The notes: generated by a model from the letters alone, not told the origin. DNA of 64,000 nt from Candidatus Latescibacterota bacterium (GCA_965204375.1 OZ241986.1:1088001-1152000); one strand, 5' to 3'. Positions 38,291 to 48,168 are shown, numbered from the stretch's first letter. Numbers and translations: made by a program.

Positions 38291-38745
38291 CTCTCATCAT
38301 CAGCGCGAAGATGTTCAGCCAAAATGTGTACCTGAATTTCTGTTAATGATAGCAACAAATCCAGAAAACGATCATCGAAAGGCGTACTTTTGGCATACTG
38401 CAATCGACCTGCGAGTACTGCTGCCAGCTTTCTCCGTTTTTCCTCCGCTTTGGTCTTGGCGGCTCGTATTAAGACATCCTCCAGGAAATCGACAAATTCT
38501 TCGCTTTTAATATACGCGGTATCAATCTTGTCGGATTCAAGGGCTCGGAGGTTACGATCTAACTCCTCTACGAATTTCTCGAGACGCACCTGTTTAAGAC
38601 GGGCAGGTAAGTCAAAAATAGCCTCATTTAATGCTGTCCCGACTAATGGAATTGCTCCGAATAGCGAGCGAAAGAGTGTTTCAATAGCTTTCAGGTCATA
38701 AGCCTTTTGGAGGTGAATTTCGTCAACATTAGGATTGCGTTTCAT
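38248..38745 (-). CDS. Helical hypothetical protein (Abi-alpha/DUF4393-like, probably truncated) with a borrowed 'DPIVEEI'-type N-terminus
   Basis: GAIPLVG, SEEF, EEKRRKLA, FLDLL.SL patterns; MKRNPNVDEIH start. Confidence 0.5.
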   Translation of the reverse strand: MKRNPNVDEIHLQKAYDLKAIETLFRSLFGAIPLVGTALNEAIFDLPARLKQVRLEKFVEELDRNLRALESDKIDTAYIKSEEFVDFLEDVLIRAAKTKAEEKRRKLAAVLAGRLQYAKSTPFDDRFLDLLLSLTEIQVHILAEHLRADDESKAHRQPSYYNLPD

Positions 38746-38804
38746 AGTTGCTTTCCTGGAGTTTCCAAGAGTTCTTCAGTATTATGTGCTGTTTTTCTGT
38801 ATGG

Positions 38805-41800
38805 TCATTCAGTCGGGATGGTCACCAGATTTTGCTCGACATCGGGATACACTGTGGCAAGCTCTTGTTGTATTCCCATCGTGATCCCAATGGCTGTTAC
38901 CATTCGGCAATAGGTGCGTATGTCATCGAGTTCGAGGGGGCGGTCTTTGCGGTCTTTTAACCATTTGTCGCAGACTTGATAGCCGCCGATACGGTATGCG
39001 TGAATTTCTGGAGAGATGGGGCCGAAATACTGCGTTTTGTTGATGTACATGCGGCATTCATCGGGGTCATAGCAGAAGCCTTGCGCTTTTGTCCGCATAA
39101 CGACCGAGTCGCCTTCGCCCTCGAAGCGGCAAGCGGGTGGATTGAGTTCTGGCGATGTGAGGAGATGGAGGTCGGATAATCGCTTGCCCAAAGATGCGAG
39201 TTGGGCAAACAATGCTTTGTCAGATGTGAAGGGTATGCGCGGAAAGTCAATCCGCAGGGACTCGGCGTATTTCTCTCGGTAGGTCGGGGCATGGAGGATG
39301 GCGTAGATATAATAGAAGATCGCCTCGGGCGATGGCTCGCTACCATGCGCGCTTTCCAGTGCCTCAAACAGATTCGGATTGAGGTTGGGTTGTCGCTCTG
39401 TTGGTTCGAGTTGCGCGAAGAGGTCATTGCGGTCAGCGGTGGGGTAGATGTAGAGGGGGAAGATATAATCAATGGTTTTAAGCGAAACAGCAACGTGTCC
39501 AGGGATGGTGTCTGAAATGAAGGCATGTTGCCAACTTCCTACATGCTCAACGCGCTTCGGCGTCATCAGTGCCAAATTCTCTCCAGCCAGCAGGTGTTGC
39601 ATAACTTCTGAGCGAGGCCGGCAGATAAAACCCCGTGACCGGCCCGTGTAATACGTGTGGCGCGTGTCAAATGGTCGATACGACACAGGGACAATCTTTT
39701 CATGTGAAGGACCAGAGTTCAGTAAGTCCTTTTGCGCCCATTCAACCTTCCAATCTTGTGCATCTTTGCCAAGCTGGTAAGCCTGTCGCGCCAGTTCTGG
39801 GTCCATCCCCGAAAAAGCGCGTACCGTATCCCACGCCTCTTGTTCTGACCAGCGAATCGTCAAGCGGTCGCGTGCGGTTACGATGCCGACGCTGTTGATT
39901 GGGAATATATCGGAAATAGAAGGGAACAGGCGATATTCGGCTTCGCGTGCGTCGTCGCGGGGGATGAACATATAGAATGGCGAGTGCGGGGTTATTTTTT
40001 GCCATTCCGTGCTACCGAGGTCATAATCGTCCAGATAGTCATATTTGTTTTCGCGTGTGCCGTAGCGTTCGGCGTGATGAATTATTGCATCGCGCTTTTT
40101 CTTTGCGCCGCGCTTGACGAAAAAAGCGATTGCCACACCTTGTCGGATATCGAAGACATTTTTATCGGGACTGCCGTCCGGAGCCGTCTCTTTTTTCAAC
40201 GAGTTGCCGTGCAGGTCGAGGATATAGATGTCGTCGAAGGTGCGCATCAGGCTTTGGCGCATGCCGCGAAAGGTGGGGTTGTCGAGGTAGCTGTGGTTGG
40301 TGATCATGCCGACGACGCCCCGCCCGGCTTGCTCAATTTTCCATTGGGCAAAACGGAGGAATTTGACGTAGTCGTCTTGAAGCCATTTCGGATTTTTCTC
40401 ACCCAACGGCTCGCCATCTACCTGTTTGTACCCGCCGATCAATTCGCCTTCCACCATCTTGCCATCAATCAATTCTCGTATCCAAGCGCCGGTGTTGCTC
40501 GAATGCCCCGAATAGGGTGGATTGCCCAAGATGAGGAGGATCGGAGTTTGCTTTTTGACCGCGCCAGCCAGACGCGATTCCTCTGCCAGCGCAGAGAGGC
40601 CGGGCAAGCGGCTCTGTTCCAGTTCCTCTGTGTCGAGGGTGTTGGTGAGATAGAAGGGTACGCGCTCGTTGTCGTCAAGGCGGTGGCCGAGTTCTTCGAG
40701 GAAAAAGCTCATCTTGAGATGCCCGACGGCATAAGGCGCCATCATCAATTCAAGGGCGTAGAAATTTTTGAGAATGTGGGAGCGGATGAAGTCTGTGCGT
40801 CCGCCGCTGCCGTATTTGTCCTCGAACTCGGCGACCGCTTGTTGCGCGGCGCGAGCCACAAAGGTCATCGTGCCGGCTGCGGGATCGAGCAGAGTGACGC
40901 CATCGGAGGCAAGGCCATCGCGTTTCTCAAATTCTGTCTTGAGCAGGTTGTGGAGGGATCGTACGATATAGCCGACGACGGGTTCGGGTGTGTAATAAAC
41001 GCCTCGTCGCTCGCGCTCGTTGGGATCGTATTGTGCCAGAAAGGTTTCGTAAAAATGCACGATGGGGTCGCTACCTTTGCCTTCGCGGTAGTAGTGTCCG
41101 AGGATACCGGGCGCGTCGGCTACGGCCAGAACTTCGGCGAGGTCATCCACGCACCATGCGAGAGGATCGGGTAAGTCGTCGAGTGAGATGTACCGGAACA
41201 GGTCTCGCAAGACGCCGATGGTATGTGGGATATTATCAAATGCCACGCGCCGATTGAAGCCATCGCCAGATCGGGTGCGGGCGGCGAACAGGCCGTAGGT
41301 GATGGTCTGCGCGAACAGGTCGGCGAAATCGTCGGGTGTCAATGATCCGATGAGGTAGGTTTGAAATGCTTCGAAGAAACCGGCGATTCTGCTGTCCTGT
41401 TCATCGCGTAACTGCTCGCCGATCACATCGCGGAGGAGGCGCGTGCGTTTCGCCAGTTCAACGGCGAGGGATTCAGCGGTAAATGTTTGGGGCAGCGCGA
41501 AGTCGAGGAATCGGTTGAGGAGGGCGTAGAGGTCGTTTTGATTTTCGAGCGGTGGCGTTGTGCCCAGTTTGTTGAGCACGATGGGACGGCCAGATAGGAC
41601 GGTTTCAACGCGCTCGCCGTTTCGATACAGGCGAAATTCGAGGAAGTTGGTGAGGATGAGATTCGGAAAGGTTTCGCGGTAGCGTTTGAGTTGTTCGGAA
41701 TTCTCGATTCTATCCAGTCGTTCGTCAGGCTTCTTGGCTTCAATATAGCCGATAATGCGGTCCTTCCCATTCCAGAGTCGGAAATCCGGGTTTCCGCCCT

Positions 41801-41972
41801 CGGTAGGTTTGGGAAGGGTGGTGACGTGTACCTGTGGCCGCTCGGTGACTCGGGCCATTTCCTTCAACATATCCGCCAGTGCCGGGTAGAAGCTCTCTTC
41901 CCGTGCGTCACCTTGCCGGGCTATGGCGGTGAGGTTCTTCAGATATCTTGAGAAGATGGTTTTCTGGTTCAT
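38805..41972 (-). CDS. Single-chain restriction-modification enzyme (type IIG/IIL-like: nuclease + N6-adenine MTase + ISP-type C-terminal specificity domain)
   Basis: PDF...IEAK nuclease; GVYYTP, LDPAAGT, GNPPY MTase motifs; YRPFD, DFPRIP, IGGYQV..KWLKDR; no helicase motifs seen. Confidence 0.88.
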   Translation of the reverse strand: MNQKTIFSRYLKNLTAIARQGDAREESFYPALADMLKEMARVTERPQVHVTTLPKPTEGGNPDFRLWNGKDRIIGYIEAKKPDERLDRIENSEQLKRYRETFPNLILTNFLEFRLYRNGERVETVLSGRPIVLNKLGTTPPLENQNDLYALLNRFLDFALPQTFTAESLAVELAKRTRLLRDVIGEQLRDEQDSRIAGFFEAFQTYLIGSLTPDDFADLFAQTITYGLFAARTRSGDGFNRRVAFDNIPHTIGVLRDLFRYISLDDLPDPLAWCVDDLAEVLAVADAPGILGHYYREGKGSDPIVHFYETFLAQYDPNERERRGVYYTPEPVVGYIVRSLHNLLKTEFEKRDGLASDGVTLLDPAAGTMTFVARAAQQAVAEFEDKYGSGGRTDFIRSHILKNFYALELMMAPYAVGHLKMSFFLEELGHRLDDNERVPFYLTNTLDTEELEQSRLPGLSALAEESRLAGAVKKQTPILLILGNPPYSGHSSNTGAWIRELIDGKMVEGELIGGYKQVDGEPLGEKNPKWLQDDYVKFLRFAQWKIEQAGRGVVGMITNHSYLDNPTFRGMRQSLMRTFDDIYILDLHGNSLKKETAPDGSPDKNVFDIRQGVAIAFFVKRGAKKKRDAIIHHAERYGTRENKYDYLDDYDLGSTEWQKITPHSPFYMFIPRDDAREAEYRLFPSISDIFPINSVGIVTARDRLTIRWSEQEAWDTVRAFSGMDPELARQAYQLGKDAQDWKVEWAQKDLLNSGPSHEKIVPVSYRPFDTRHTYYTGRSRGFICRPRSEVMQHLLAGENLALMTPKRVEHVGSWQHAFISDTIPGHVAVSLKTIDYIFPLYIYPTADRNDLFAQLEPTERQPNLNPNLFEALESAHGSEPSPEAIFYYIYAILHAPTYREKYAESLRIDFPRIPFTSDKALFAQLASLGKRLSDLHLLTSPELNPPACRFEGEGDSVVMRTKAQGFCYDPDECRMYINKTQYFGPISPEIHAYRIGGYQVCDKWLKDRKDRPLELDDIRTYCRMVTAIGITMGIQQELATVYPDVEQNLVTIPTE

Positions 41973-42007
41973 AGATCTATTCGCTTGCCACATACTATTT
42001 TCGGTGG

Positions 42008-42196
42008 TTACCTGGTGAGACGATCGACTTTCATAGCTGTTGTGACGGATCTGGGTGGCAATAAAACAATTTTGTGACCATTTTTTTTTTGTTGCTCGCG
42101 GGCGGCACGGCAGATCGTTTTGATGTCATGCTGAAACCTCGCTGCATACACCTGGCGATTGCGACGAATTTCTTCAACGATGGGATCACGCCACAT
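42008..42196 (-). CDS. Small 'DPIVEEI' protein (putative PIN-associated antitoxin)
   Basis: MWRDPIVEEIRRNR; GGAGA RBS; directly after the PIN gene. Confidence 0.7.
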   Translation of the reverse strand: MWRDPIVEEIRRNRQVYAARFQHDIKTICRAAREQQKKNGHKIVLLPPRSVTTAMKVDRLTR

Positions 42197-42212
42197 GATG
42201 TTATATCTCCAG

Positions 42213-42713
42213 TTATCCTACGTAAGCATCAGGTTCTGTGTCCGGTTCATAGGCTTTCAGGGCTTTGTCCTTAGTCCAGATATGCACTCGCCACCCCGGC
42301 CCTCGATATGTGGTGTCCTTGAGCCTGCGGGCTTCGTCGATTAAGGTGCTGTCGCTTAAACCAATGCTTTGGATGACGTGATTATCGACAAAGCTCACGA
42401 TCAGTTTTTTGAAGATATTGAGTTGTCGAGAGGGGATGACCGTCCACGGCCTTCCCTGGTCAAGGCTTGATAGAACATCATCTCGTACCCGTTCAGCCAA
42501 TGACCGCCGTTTGTTGCCATCAGAGACATGAGAAATGTGATTAGTCAATTCGTATATGGCTGGTACAGTGACGTACAGCCGTGCGTCACTCTTGACAGCG
42601 GTAGTGAGGCGGCCTTTTATTTTTTTTCCTGCTTCTTTGTTAGAGTGACCAGGAACTTCAAATATCTCCAGCAAATAACTCGTGTCAATCACATACACTC
42701 GCAACGAGTTCAT
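42213..42713 (-). CDS. PIN domain protein
   Basis: VIDTS, IYEL.NH, GLSDSTL, WTKDKAL acidic tetrad; start overlaps the ATPase stop (ATGA). Confidence 0.82.
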   Translation of the reverse strand: MNSLRVYVIDTSYLLEIFEVPGHSNKEAGKKIKGRLTTAVKSDARLYVTVPAIYELTNHISHVSDGNKRRSLAERVRDDVLSSLDQGRPWTVIPSRQLNIFKKLIVSFVDNHVIQSIGLSDSTLIDEARRLKDTTYRGPGWRVHIWTKDKALKAYEPDTEPDAYVG

Positions 42714-43990
42714 GGTAGAGCCTCAACCCACTCCAGCATCTTTTTGCGATGCTGTTCCTCAAACTCAGGCGCGAGATATTGCTCTATGACACGGCGCGAT
42801 ACGAGATCTCCCAATGGTCCGCGCTCAAGCAATTCATCGGATCTCGGCAGGCTGTTTAACTCGACAAGATCGGCGGCTTGTTTTTCCCCGCTCCAGGTAC
42901 AAAGAACGACCCCTTCCATCTGTTCAGGGGTCAAATTGTTCATGGTAGCGGGATTATGCGTCGTAACAAGTACACGCAGATTCCGTCGTTCGGTCGCTTC
43001 CTCTATTGCAGAGGTCAGGACGCCTACGCGACTCGGATGAAGTCCATTATCAAACTCTTCTACAATAACATGCGAACCCTCCTGGACAGTCTCCAGGGCT
43101 GTCAGGATGGCAAGTGTTCGCAATGTACCATCTGATAATGAACGGGCATCGACTGTGTAACCCGTTCTTTCGCGCAGGCTGAAAATCACATCGCCGAGAT
43201 TCGTTGTCGTGAAGTCGAACTCTTCATAAGGCTCGTTGGGGAGTTGGCTTATTTTAGAGAGCAACCGATCTAAAGATGCTTTTTGGGTCTCATCACCAGT
43301 GGAAAGCGAGTAAAGCACTGCCGATAGATTTGCGCCATCTTTAGAGAGAACACTATTGCCAATTCTCTCGTAGCCGTGCATTAATTTTGGATTTGGATCG
43401 AAGACAAATGAAGCTTGCAAGTGGTCCATAATTATATGCACCAACTGCATGCACTGTCTGAGGTTGCGATTTTTTTGCGCGATGTCTCGATACTGAGAAA
43501 GGACCGAACGCTCTGACGAAGCCGCTGTTCGAGGTTTTCTCCCACTGTGTACAAAGTTGTCATATTCCACCTCTACGCCACGCGATGCTGATCCTGGATT
43601 ACTGCACAGTGCTTCGTAGATTACGCGGTCATCTAATTCCAAATGCTCTTTCAGTATCTGAGGGTACGATTTGGTGCCAATATTTAGCCTATAGGCGACT
43701 GGTTTAGACGTACCATCTAACTTTACGCTAGCCGAGAAACCTATGAAGAAATTGTCCCTACTCGTACGACCGCAAGTCTGAAGTCCACCGCGAATCTGGA
43801 GACCTGTTTCCGTGCGACCGACATCGGCAATCTCATAGAGGGGTTGACCCCGTGCGATAAAGGAAAGCAATTCGATAGCTTCGATGACGTTGGTCTTGCC
43901 CGAGCCATTTGGCCCGATCAGCAGTGTGAACGGTCGCATCAGGTCAATACTGACGTCTTTGAATCCTTTGAAGTCTTTGAAGTGATGCAT
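42710..43990 (-). CDS. ABC-type (AAA_21-like) ATPase
   Basis: Walker A GPNGSGKT, signature LSDGT, Walker B VEEFDNGLHP, H-loop TTHNP. Confidence 0.88.
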   Translation of the reverse strand: MHHFKDFKGFKDVSIDLMRPFTLLIGPNGSGKTNVIEAIELLSFIARGQPLYEIADVGRTETGLQIRGGLQTCGRTSRDNFFIGFSASVKLDGTSKPVAYRLNIGTKSYPQILKEHLELDDRVIYEALCSNPGSASRGVEVEYDNFVHSGRKPRTAASSERSVLSQYRDIAQKNRNLRQCMQLVHIIMDHLQASFVFDPNPKLMHGYERIGNSVLSKDGANLSAVLYSLSTGDETQKASLDRLLSKISQLPNEPYEEFDFTTTNLGDVIFSLRERTGYTVDARSLSDGTLRTLAILTALETVQEGSHVIVEEFDNGLHPSRVGVLTSAIEEATERRNLRVLVTTHNPATMNNLTPEQMEGVVLCTWSGEKQAADLVELNSLPRSDELLERGPLGDLVSRRVIEQYLAPEFEEQHRKKMLEWVEALP

Positions 43991-44017
43991 CGTGTAGCCT
44001 TTTGGTATGCATAACGC

Positions 44018-45943
44018 TCAATATTCAACGGGTTCTCGTGCGACAACGCGCTGGGCAGTTGCGGCAATTGCTTCGGGTGAGATGCCTGCTTCGTCGCGCA
44101 GTGCGCCCTGTGAGCCGTGTTGGAAAAAGCGATCGGGTATGCCCAGGGTGTGTACGCGCTGGCCCTCTCGCATCTGGTCGCTCAAATAACGCGCAACGCC
44201 CGATCCAAATCCTCCTTCAATGGTATTTTCTTCAACGGTAATCAGCACCTGATAGTGGTCGGCGAGATCGTCGAGCATTTCCAGATCCATGGGTTTGACG
44301 AATCGGCAATTGATCACTGCGGCAGAAATGCCAGCTTCCAGGAGTTTTTCGCGCGCCTGACAGGCGTGATCTACCATTGTGCCCACTGCGAGGAATACCA
44401 GATCCTCACCATCGGCCAATGCTTCCCAGGAACCGATTTTCAAGACTTCGGGATCGCGCCCTGTAAGCGGGGTATGGACGTTGCCGCGGGGATACCGAAT
44501 GGCAAAGGGATTATCGACTTGTTGCACTGCCGTGTATAACAAATCGCGCAGTTCATCGCCGTCTTTTGGCGCGGTTACGATCATATTGGGCACGCAGGTT
44601 AAATAGGACAGATCAAAATCGCCGTGATGCGTGGGCCCATCTGCGCCTACCAGCCCGGCGCGATCCATACAGAAAATCACCGGTGCCGATTGCAGGGCGA
44701 CATCGTGGATGATCTGGTCGTAAGCCCGTTGCAAAAATGTGGAATAAATCGCTGCGACGGGGCGCATGCCCTCGAGTGCCATTCCGGTTGAAAACGTCAC
44801 GGCGTGCTGTTCGGCAATGCCCACATCAAAAAAGCGGTCGGGATGCGCTTCGGAAAAAATATCCAGACTCGTGCCCTCAGACATTGCGGCTGTCACGCCT
44901 ACAATGCGGCTGTCATTATTGGCAAGCTCGATCATTGCCTCTCCAAAAACGGTCTGGTATTTGGGTAGCGGCGTCTTGGGCGACGGCGGACTGATTGAAT
45001 GATATTTTATCGAAGCGGCACCATACGGGTCTTCCTCGTCTTCTTGAATCGCGCCCTTGCCCTTGATGGTGTGTACGTGTAAGAGCACAGGACCCTTCAG
45101 ATCCCGCACATTCTTCAGGGTTTTTACCATCTCTTCCAGATTATTGCCATCTAAAGGTCCCAGGTACAGAAATCCCAGTTCTTCAAAAAGAATGCCCGGT
45201 ACCAGTAGTCCCTTTAATCCTTCTTCGAATCCACTCAGCGCGCGGCGCAGATTTTCGCCTACGACGGGAATGCGCCCGGCCAAATTCCAGACTTCTCTTT
45301 TGATTTTTTTGTAAAGCGGATCATTTGTGATCCGATCTCTCACGCGATTGTAAATCGGATCGGTGATAATGCGCGTCAAATAATGCGAAATAGCACCGAC
45401 ATTGGGCGAGATTGACATGCGATTGTCATTGAGAATGACGAGCAGGTCGCGATTGGATGCACCGGCATTATTCAATCCCTCAAGCGCGATTCCACTCGTT
45501 ATGGCACCGTCGCCAATAACGGCGACTACTTTGTGTTTTTCGCCCATCAAATCGCGCTGTGTCGCAAATCCCAGTGCTGCGGAGATCGATGTGCCCGCAT
45601 GTCCTACGGCAAATGTGTCGTACGGACTCTCTGTTCGCATCGGAAACCCACTGATGCCGCCCGGCTGACGAATAGTTTTGAGTGCTTCGCGCCGCCCGGT
45701 AAGCACTTTGTGCCCGTAAGCCTGATGTCCTACATCCCACACAATTTTGTCCTGAGGCGTATTGTATAGATGATGCAGTGCCACTGTCAATTCCGCCGCC
45801 CCCAGGCTGGATCCAAAATGTCCACCAATCTCTGTCACCACGTCAATGATATATTGCCGCAGTTCTGTACAGACCTGGTGCAATTCTTCCGTTGACAGGG
45901 ATTTTAAGTCGTCAGGTGAATCGATTGTTTCGAGAAGAGACAT
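44018..45943 (-). CDS. dxs: 1-deoxy-D-xylulose-5-phosphate synthase
   Basis: WDVGHQAY.HK, GDGA, NDN, DVGIAEQHAVT, YSTFLQRAYDQ, DGPTHHG, IRYPRG. Confidence 0.97.
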   Translation of the reverse strand: MSLLETIDSPDDLKSLSTEELHQVCTELRQYIIDVVTEIGGHFGSSLGAAELTVALHHLYNTPQDKIVWDVGHQAYGHKVLTGRREALKTIRQPGGISGFPMRTESPYDTFAVGHAGTSISAALGFATQRDLMGEKHKVVAVIGDGAITSGIALEGLNNAGASNRDLLVILNDNRMSISPNVGAISHYLTRIITDPIYNRVRDRITNDPLYKKIKREVWNLAGRIPVVGENLRRALSGFEEGLKGLLVPGILFEELGFLYLGPLDGNNLEEMVKTLKNVRDLKGPVLLHVHTIKGKGAIQEDEEDPYGAASIKYHSISPPSPKTPLPKYQTVFGEAMIELANNDSRIVGVTAAMSEGTSLDIFSEAHPDRFFDVGIAEQHAVTFSTGMALEGMRPVAAIYSTFLQRAYDQIIHDVALQSAPVIFCMDRAGLVGADGPTHHGDFDLSYLTCVPNMIVTAPKDGDELRDLLYTAVQQVDNPFAIRYPRGNVHTPLTGRDPEVLKIGSWEALADGEDLVFLAVGTMVDHACQAREKLLEAGISAAVINCRFVKPMDLEMLDDLADHYQVLITVEENTIEGGFGSGVARYLSDQMREGQRVHTLGIPDRFFQHGSQGALRDEAGISPEAIAATAQRVVAREPVEY

Positions 45944-46049
45944 GATGTCTTTCCTTGTGACAGGGTCAGAAATGCTATCCACAACATATATTTAATATAA
46001 GCAACACCTGAAAAATCACAAAGTTCTAAAAAAACAAGCCGTAGATACA

Positions 46050-46086
46050 AAATCGGGCATGCCGAGTCATTCGATATGCCCGATTT
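46050..46086 (-). terminator. Terminator-like hairpin after the SDR gene
   Basis: AAATCGGGCAT...ATGCCCGATTT. Confidence 0.65.
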
Positions 46087-46111
46087 ATCATTGTGCAACA
46101 GATTATTGCGC

Positions 46112-46891
46112 TCAAAAAGCCGTGGGTCTTCCCTGTGCGCCATCTACGGGAATGGATGCGCCATTGATCCAGTTCGCGCGGTCTGATGAGAGAAATACGA
46201 CGACATCGGCGACTTCAAAGTCCGTGCCGAGTCGCTGTGCGGGAAATTCGCGCGTGCGGAATATTTCGTATTCTTCCGGCGTTTCGTTTTGAAAGCGTTC
46301 CCAACCGCCGCCGGGGAAAAGGAGCGAGCCTGGGCAGACGGTGTTGACGCGGATGTTGTGCGTTGCCAATTCCCACGCGAGCGCGCCCGCGAGAAATATT
46401 TCACCCGCTTTGGTCGCGCCGTATTGCGCGCCCCGGTTTGCGGGTTTCCAGCCGGAGATGGAAGAGATGGTGACAATACTGCCGCCATTTCTTTTTGTCA
46501 TGTGGGGAACTGCCACGCGGCTGGCGCGAACCGCGTGAAAAAGGTTGAGGTCAAAGGTTTGTTGCCAGTCGGCGTCTGTGGAGGAGAGGAGTTCGCGCGA
46601 TCCGGCTGTGCCGCCCACGTTGTTGACGAGGATATCAACGCCGCCGAGTGTATCTGCGGCTGCATTGACAAATCGCTCGGTTTCTCCGGGTTCGGCTACA
46701 TCGAGCGCGAGTCCAAATGCCTCGACGCCGTGTGCGCGAATTTCTTCGAGTGTTTTGTCTATGCCCGCTTGCCCGCGCGCGCACAAGGCGATGTTGCAAC
46801 CTTCTGCGGCAAATCGCAATGCGGTTGCGCGACCAATGCCGCGGCTGCCCCCGGTGATGAGGGCGACTTTATTGGTGAGATTGAGGTCCAT
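46112..46891 (-). CDS. SDR family oxidoreductase
   Basis: TGGSRGIG, NNVG, YGATK. Confidence 0.92.
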   Translation of the reverse strand: MDLNLTNKVALITGGSRGIGRATALRFAAEGCNIALCARGQAGIDKTLEEIRAHGVEAFGLALDVAEPGETERFVNAAADTLGGVDILVNNVGGTAGSRELLSSTDADWQQTFDLNLFHAVRASRVAVPHMTKRNGGSIVTISSISGWKPANRGAQYGATKAGEIFLAGALAWELATHNIRVNTVCPGSLLFPGGGWERFQNETPEEYEIFRTREFPAQRLGTDFEVADVVVFLSSDRANWINGASIPVDGAQGRPTAF

Positions 46892-47010
46892 CCTTTAATC
46901 CTTTAATCCCGATCAGGATTTTCAGGATTTAAGGATTTCCAGGATGCCCTGCCCCAGAGTTTTGGGAGGTGGGGTTATCCTGATCATCCTTTCATCCTTT
47001 AATCTTGATC
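46891..47010. repeat. Facing (AGGAT)n/(ATCCT)n arms forming a roughly 100-bp imperfect inverted repeat
   Basis: GATCAGGATTTTCAGGATTTAAGGATTTCCAGGAT ... ATCCTGATCATCCTTTCATCCTTTAATCTTGATC; the right arm overlaps the stop of the adjacent gene. Confidence 0.75.
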
Positions 47011-48168
47011 AATTTTTGGTGGGTGGGCGAAGTCGTGATACCGCTCCCGGATATTGCCATCGGTGGCGTCGCCTTTGTGAAAATAATAGCGATAAATGCC
47101 GACGAGCGACTCGCCCTGCGAGAGTGTGTGATGCCCGCGCCGGCTTTCATCGCCGTAAAAATACGAGTGTCCAAAAGGATTGGCTGTCATCAGCCCGTAA
47201 TTGCGTACGTGCCAGTGCGTGGGATGCCGAAAGCTGTTGGGGTGATCCATGATGGCAACGCCTGTTATATTGCCGTTTACTGGACCTGAATAATGGCACC
47301 ACGGCGCGCGTTTTCCCCAGGTCTCGTCTTCATCAATGCCGCCAATGCCATTCTCAATTTTGCCGCCCAGGTCGCGTTTTACTTCCATTGTTTCTTCTAC
47401 GCGAATAGACGCCAGACCGCCTTCTTTGGTGTCACCGAATAACACATCCATATTTCGGGCGGTGAGCGTGAGATGCAAGTCCATGATTCGCACGGAAGAG
47501 GGCGTGTTGTACACAACCCACTCAGCGCGCTGATCCAAGATCTCGCGATTTCTACCCGGAGGACCCGTCCAACCATCCATGCCCACCCAATCGCTATTCG
47601 ATACAATCCGCCCTAATACGGGTCCGCTTTCGAGCGATTCAAAGTCCCGATGCAAAATCCGTCCGTGAGATTCGCCTTCTGACCAGTTGTCCGCGCCGTT
47701 CACTTCTCCGTGTGCAATCCAGATGGAGCGATGGTGATGGTGATCCATTTCCCGGCCGTCTGCTGGCGTAGCCAACCGCCGCGTTACCGGATCGCCATAA
47801 GGTCCGTTGACGGGATACAAAAGTGGTCGCGCGAGTTCTTTGCCGTAACGATAGGTCGTAAAATGCTGACCATCAATCGAGACAGATACTTCATTTTCAC
47901 CTTGTGTGATTTCCACACCGCGCCCGCGGTCTTCGGAATCTTTTCCTATTGCGAGTTCGTACTCAGCGGTTTGTCCCGCTTCGAGATTATCGACTATGAA
48001 ATTGACCTGCAAACCGTCGCTTACGGGCGTTACTTGACAGGGAACTTCGCCATCTCCCGCGCTCAAGGTCGCCGTTGTCGCGCTTTCCGGTGTTTCGACC
48101 ACCGTTGAAACCGGACAGTTGATCCGATTGTGAGGGCCTGCGTGAACGGTTAGTTTTACTGTTGCCAT
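46999..48168 (-). CDS. DUF6807-like protein (often labelled 'PmoA family'; not methane monooxygenase)
   Basis: RPLLYP, DHHHHRSIW..HG.VNG.DNW, FGDTKEG, WHVRNYGL..ANPF; start moved to ATG 48168. Confidence 0.78.
   Translation of the reverse strand: MATVKLTVHAGPHNRINCPVSTVVETPESATTATLSAGDGEVPCQVTPVSDGLQVNFIVDNLEAGQTAEYELAIGKDSEDRGRGVEITQGENEVSVSIDGQHFTTYRYGKELARPLLYPVNGPYGDPVTRRLATPADGREMDHHHHRSIWIAHGEVNGADNWSEGESHGRILHRDFESLESGPVLGRIVSNSDWVGMDGWTGPPGRNREILDQRAEWVVYNTPSSVRIMDLHLTLTARNMDVLFGDTKEGGLASIRVEETMEVKRDLGGKIENGIGGIDEDETWGKRAPWCHYSGPVNGNITGVAIMDHPNSFRHPTHWHVRNYGLMTANPFGHSYFYGDESRRGHHTLSQGESLVGIYRYYFHKGDATDGNIRERYHDFAHPPKIDQD

Noticed and set aside
39984-41174. Long antisense ORFs (also 10913-11809, 16141-17010, 30666-31478)
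   Set aside because: They are shadows of well-supported opposite-strand genes and carry no recognisable motifs
46999-48168. Methane monooxygenase PmoA
   Set aside because: The protein is soluble with no transmembrane helices and there are no pmoB/pmoC genes; the label reflects a misleading family name
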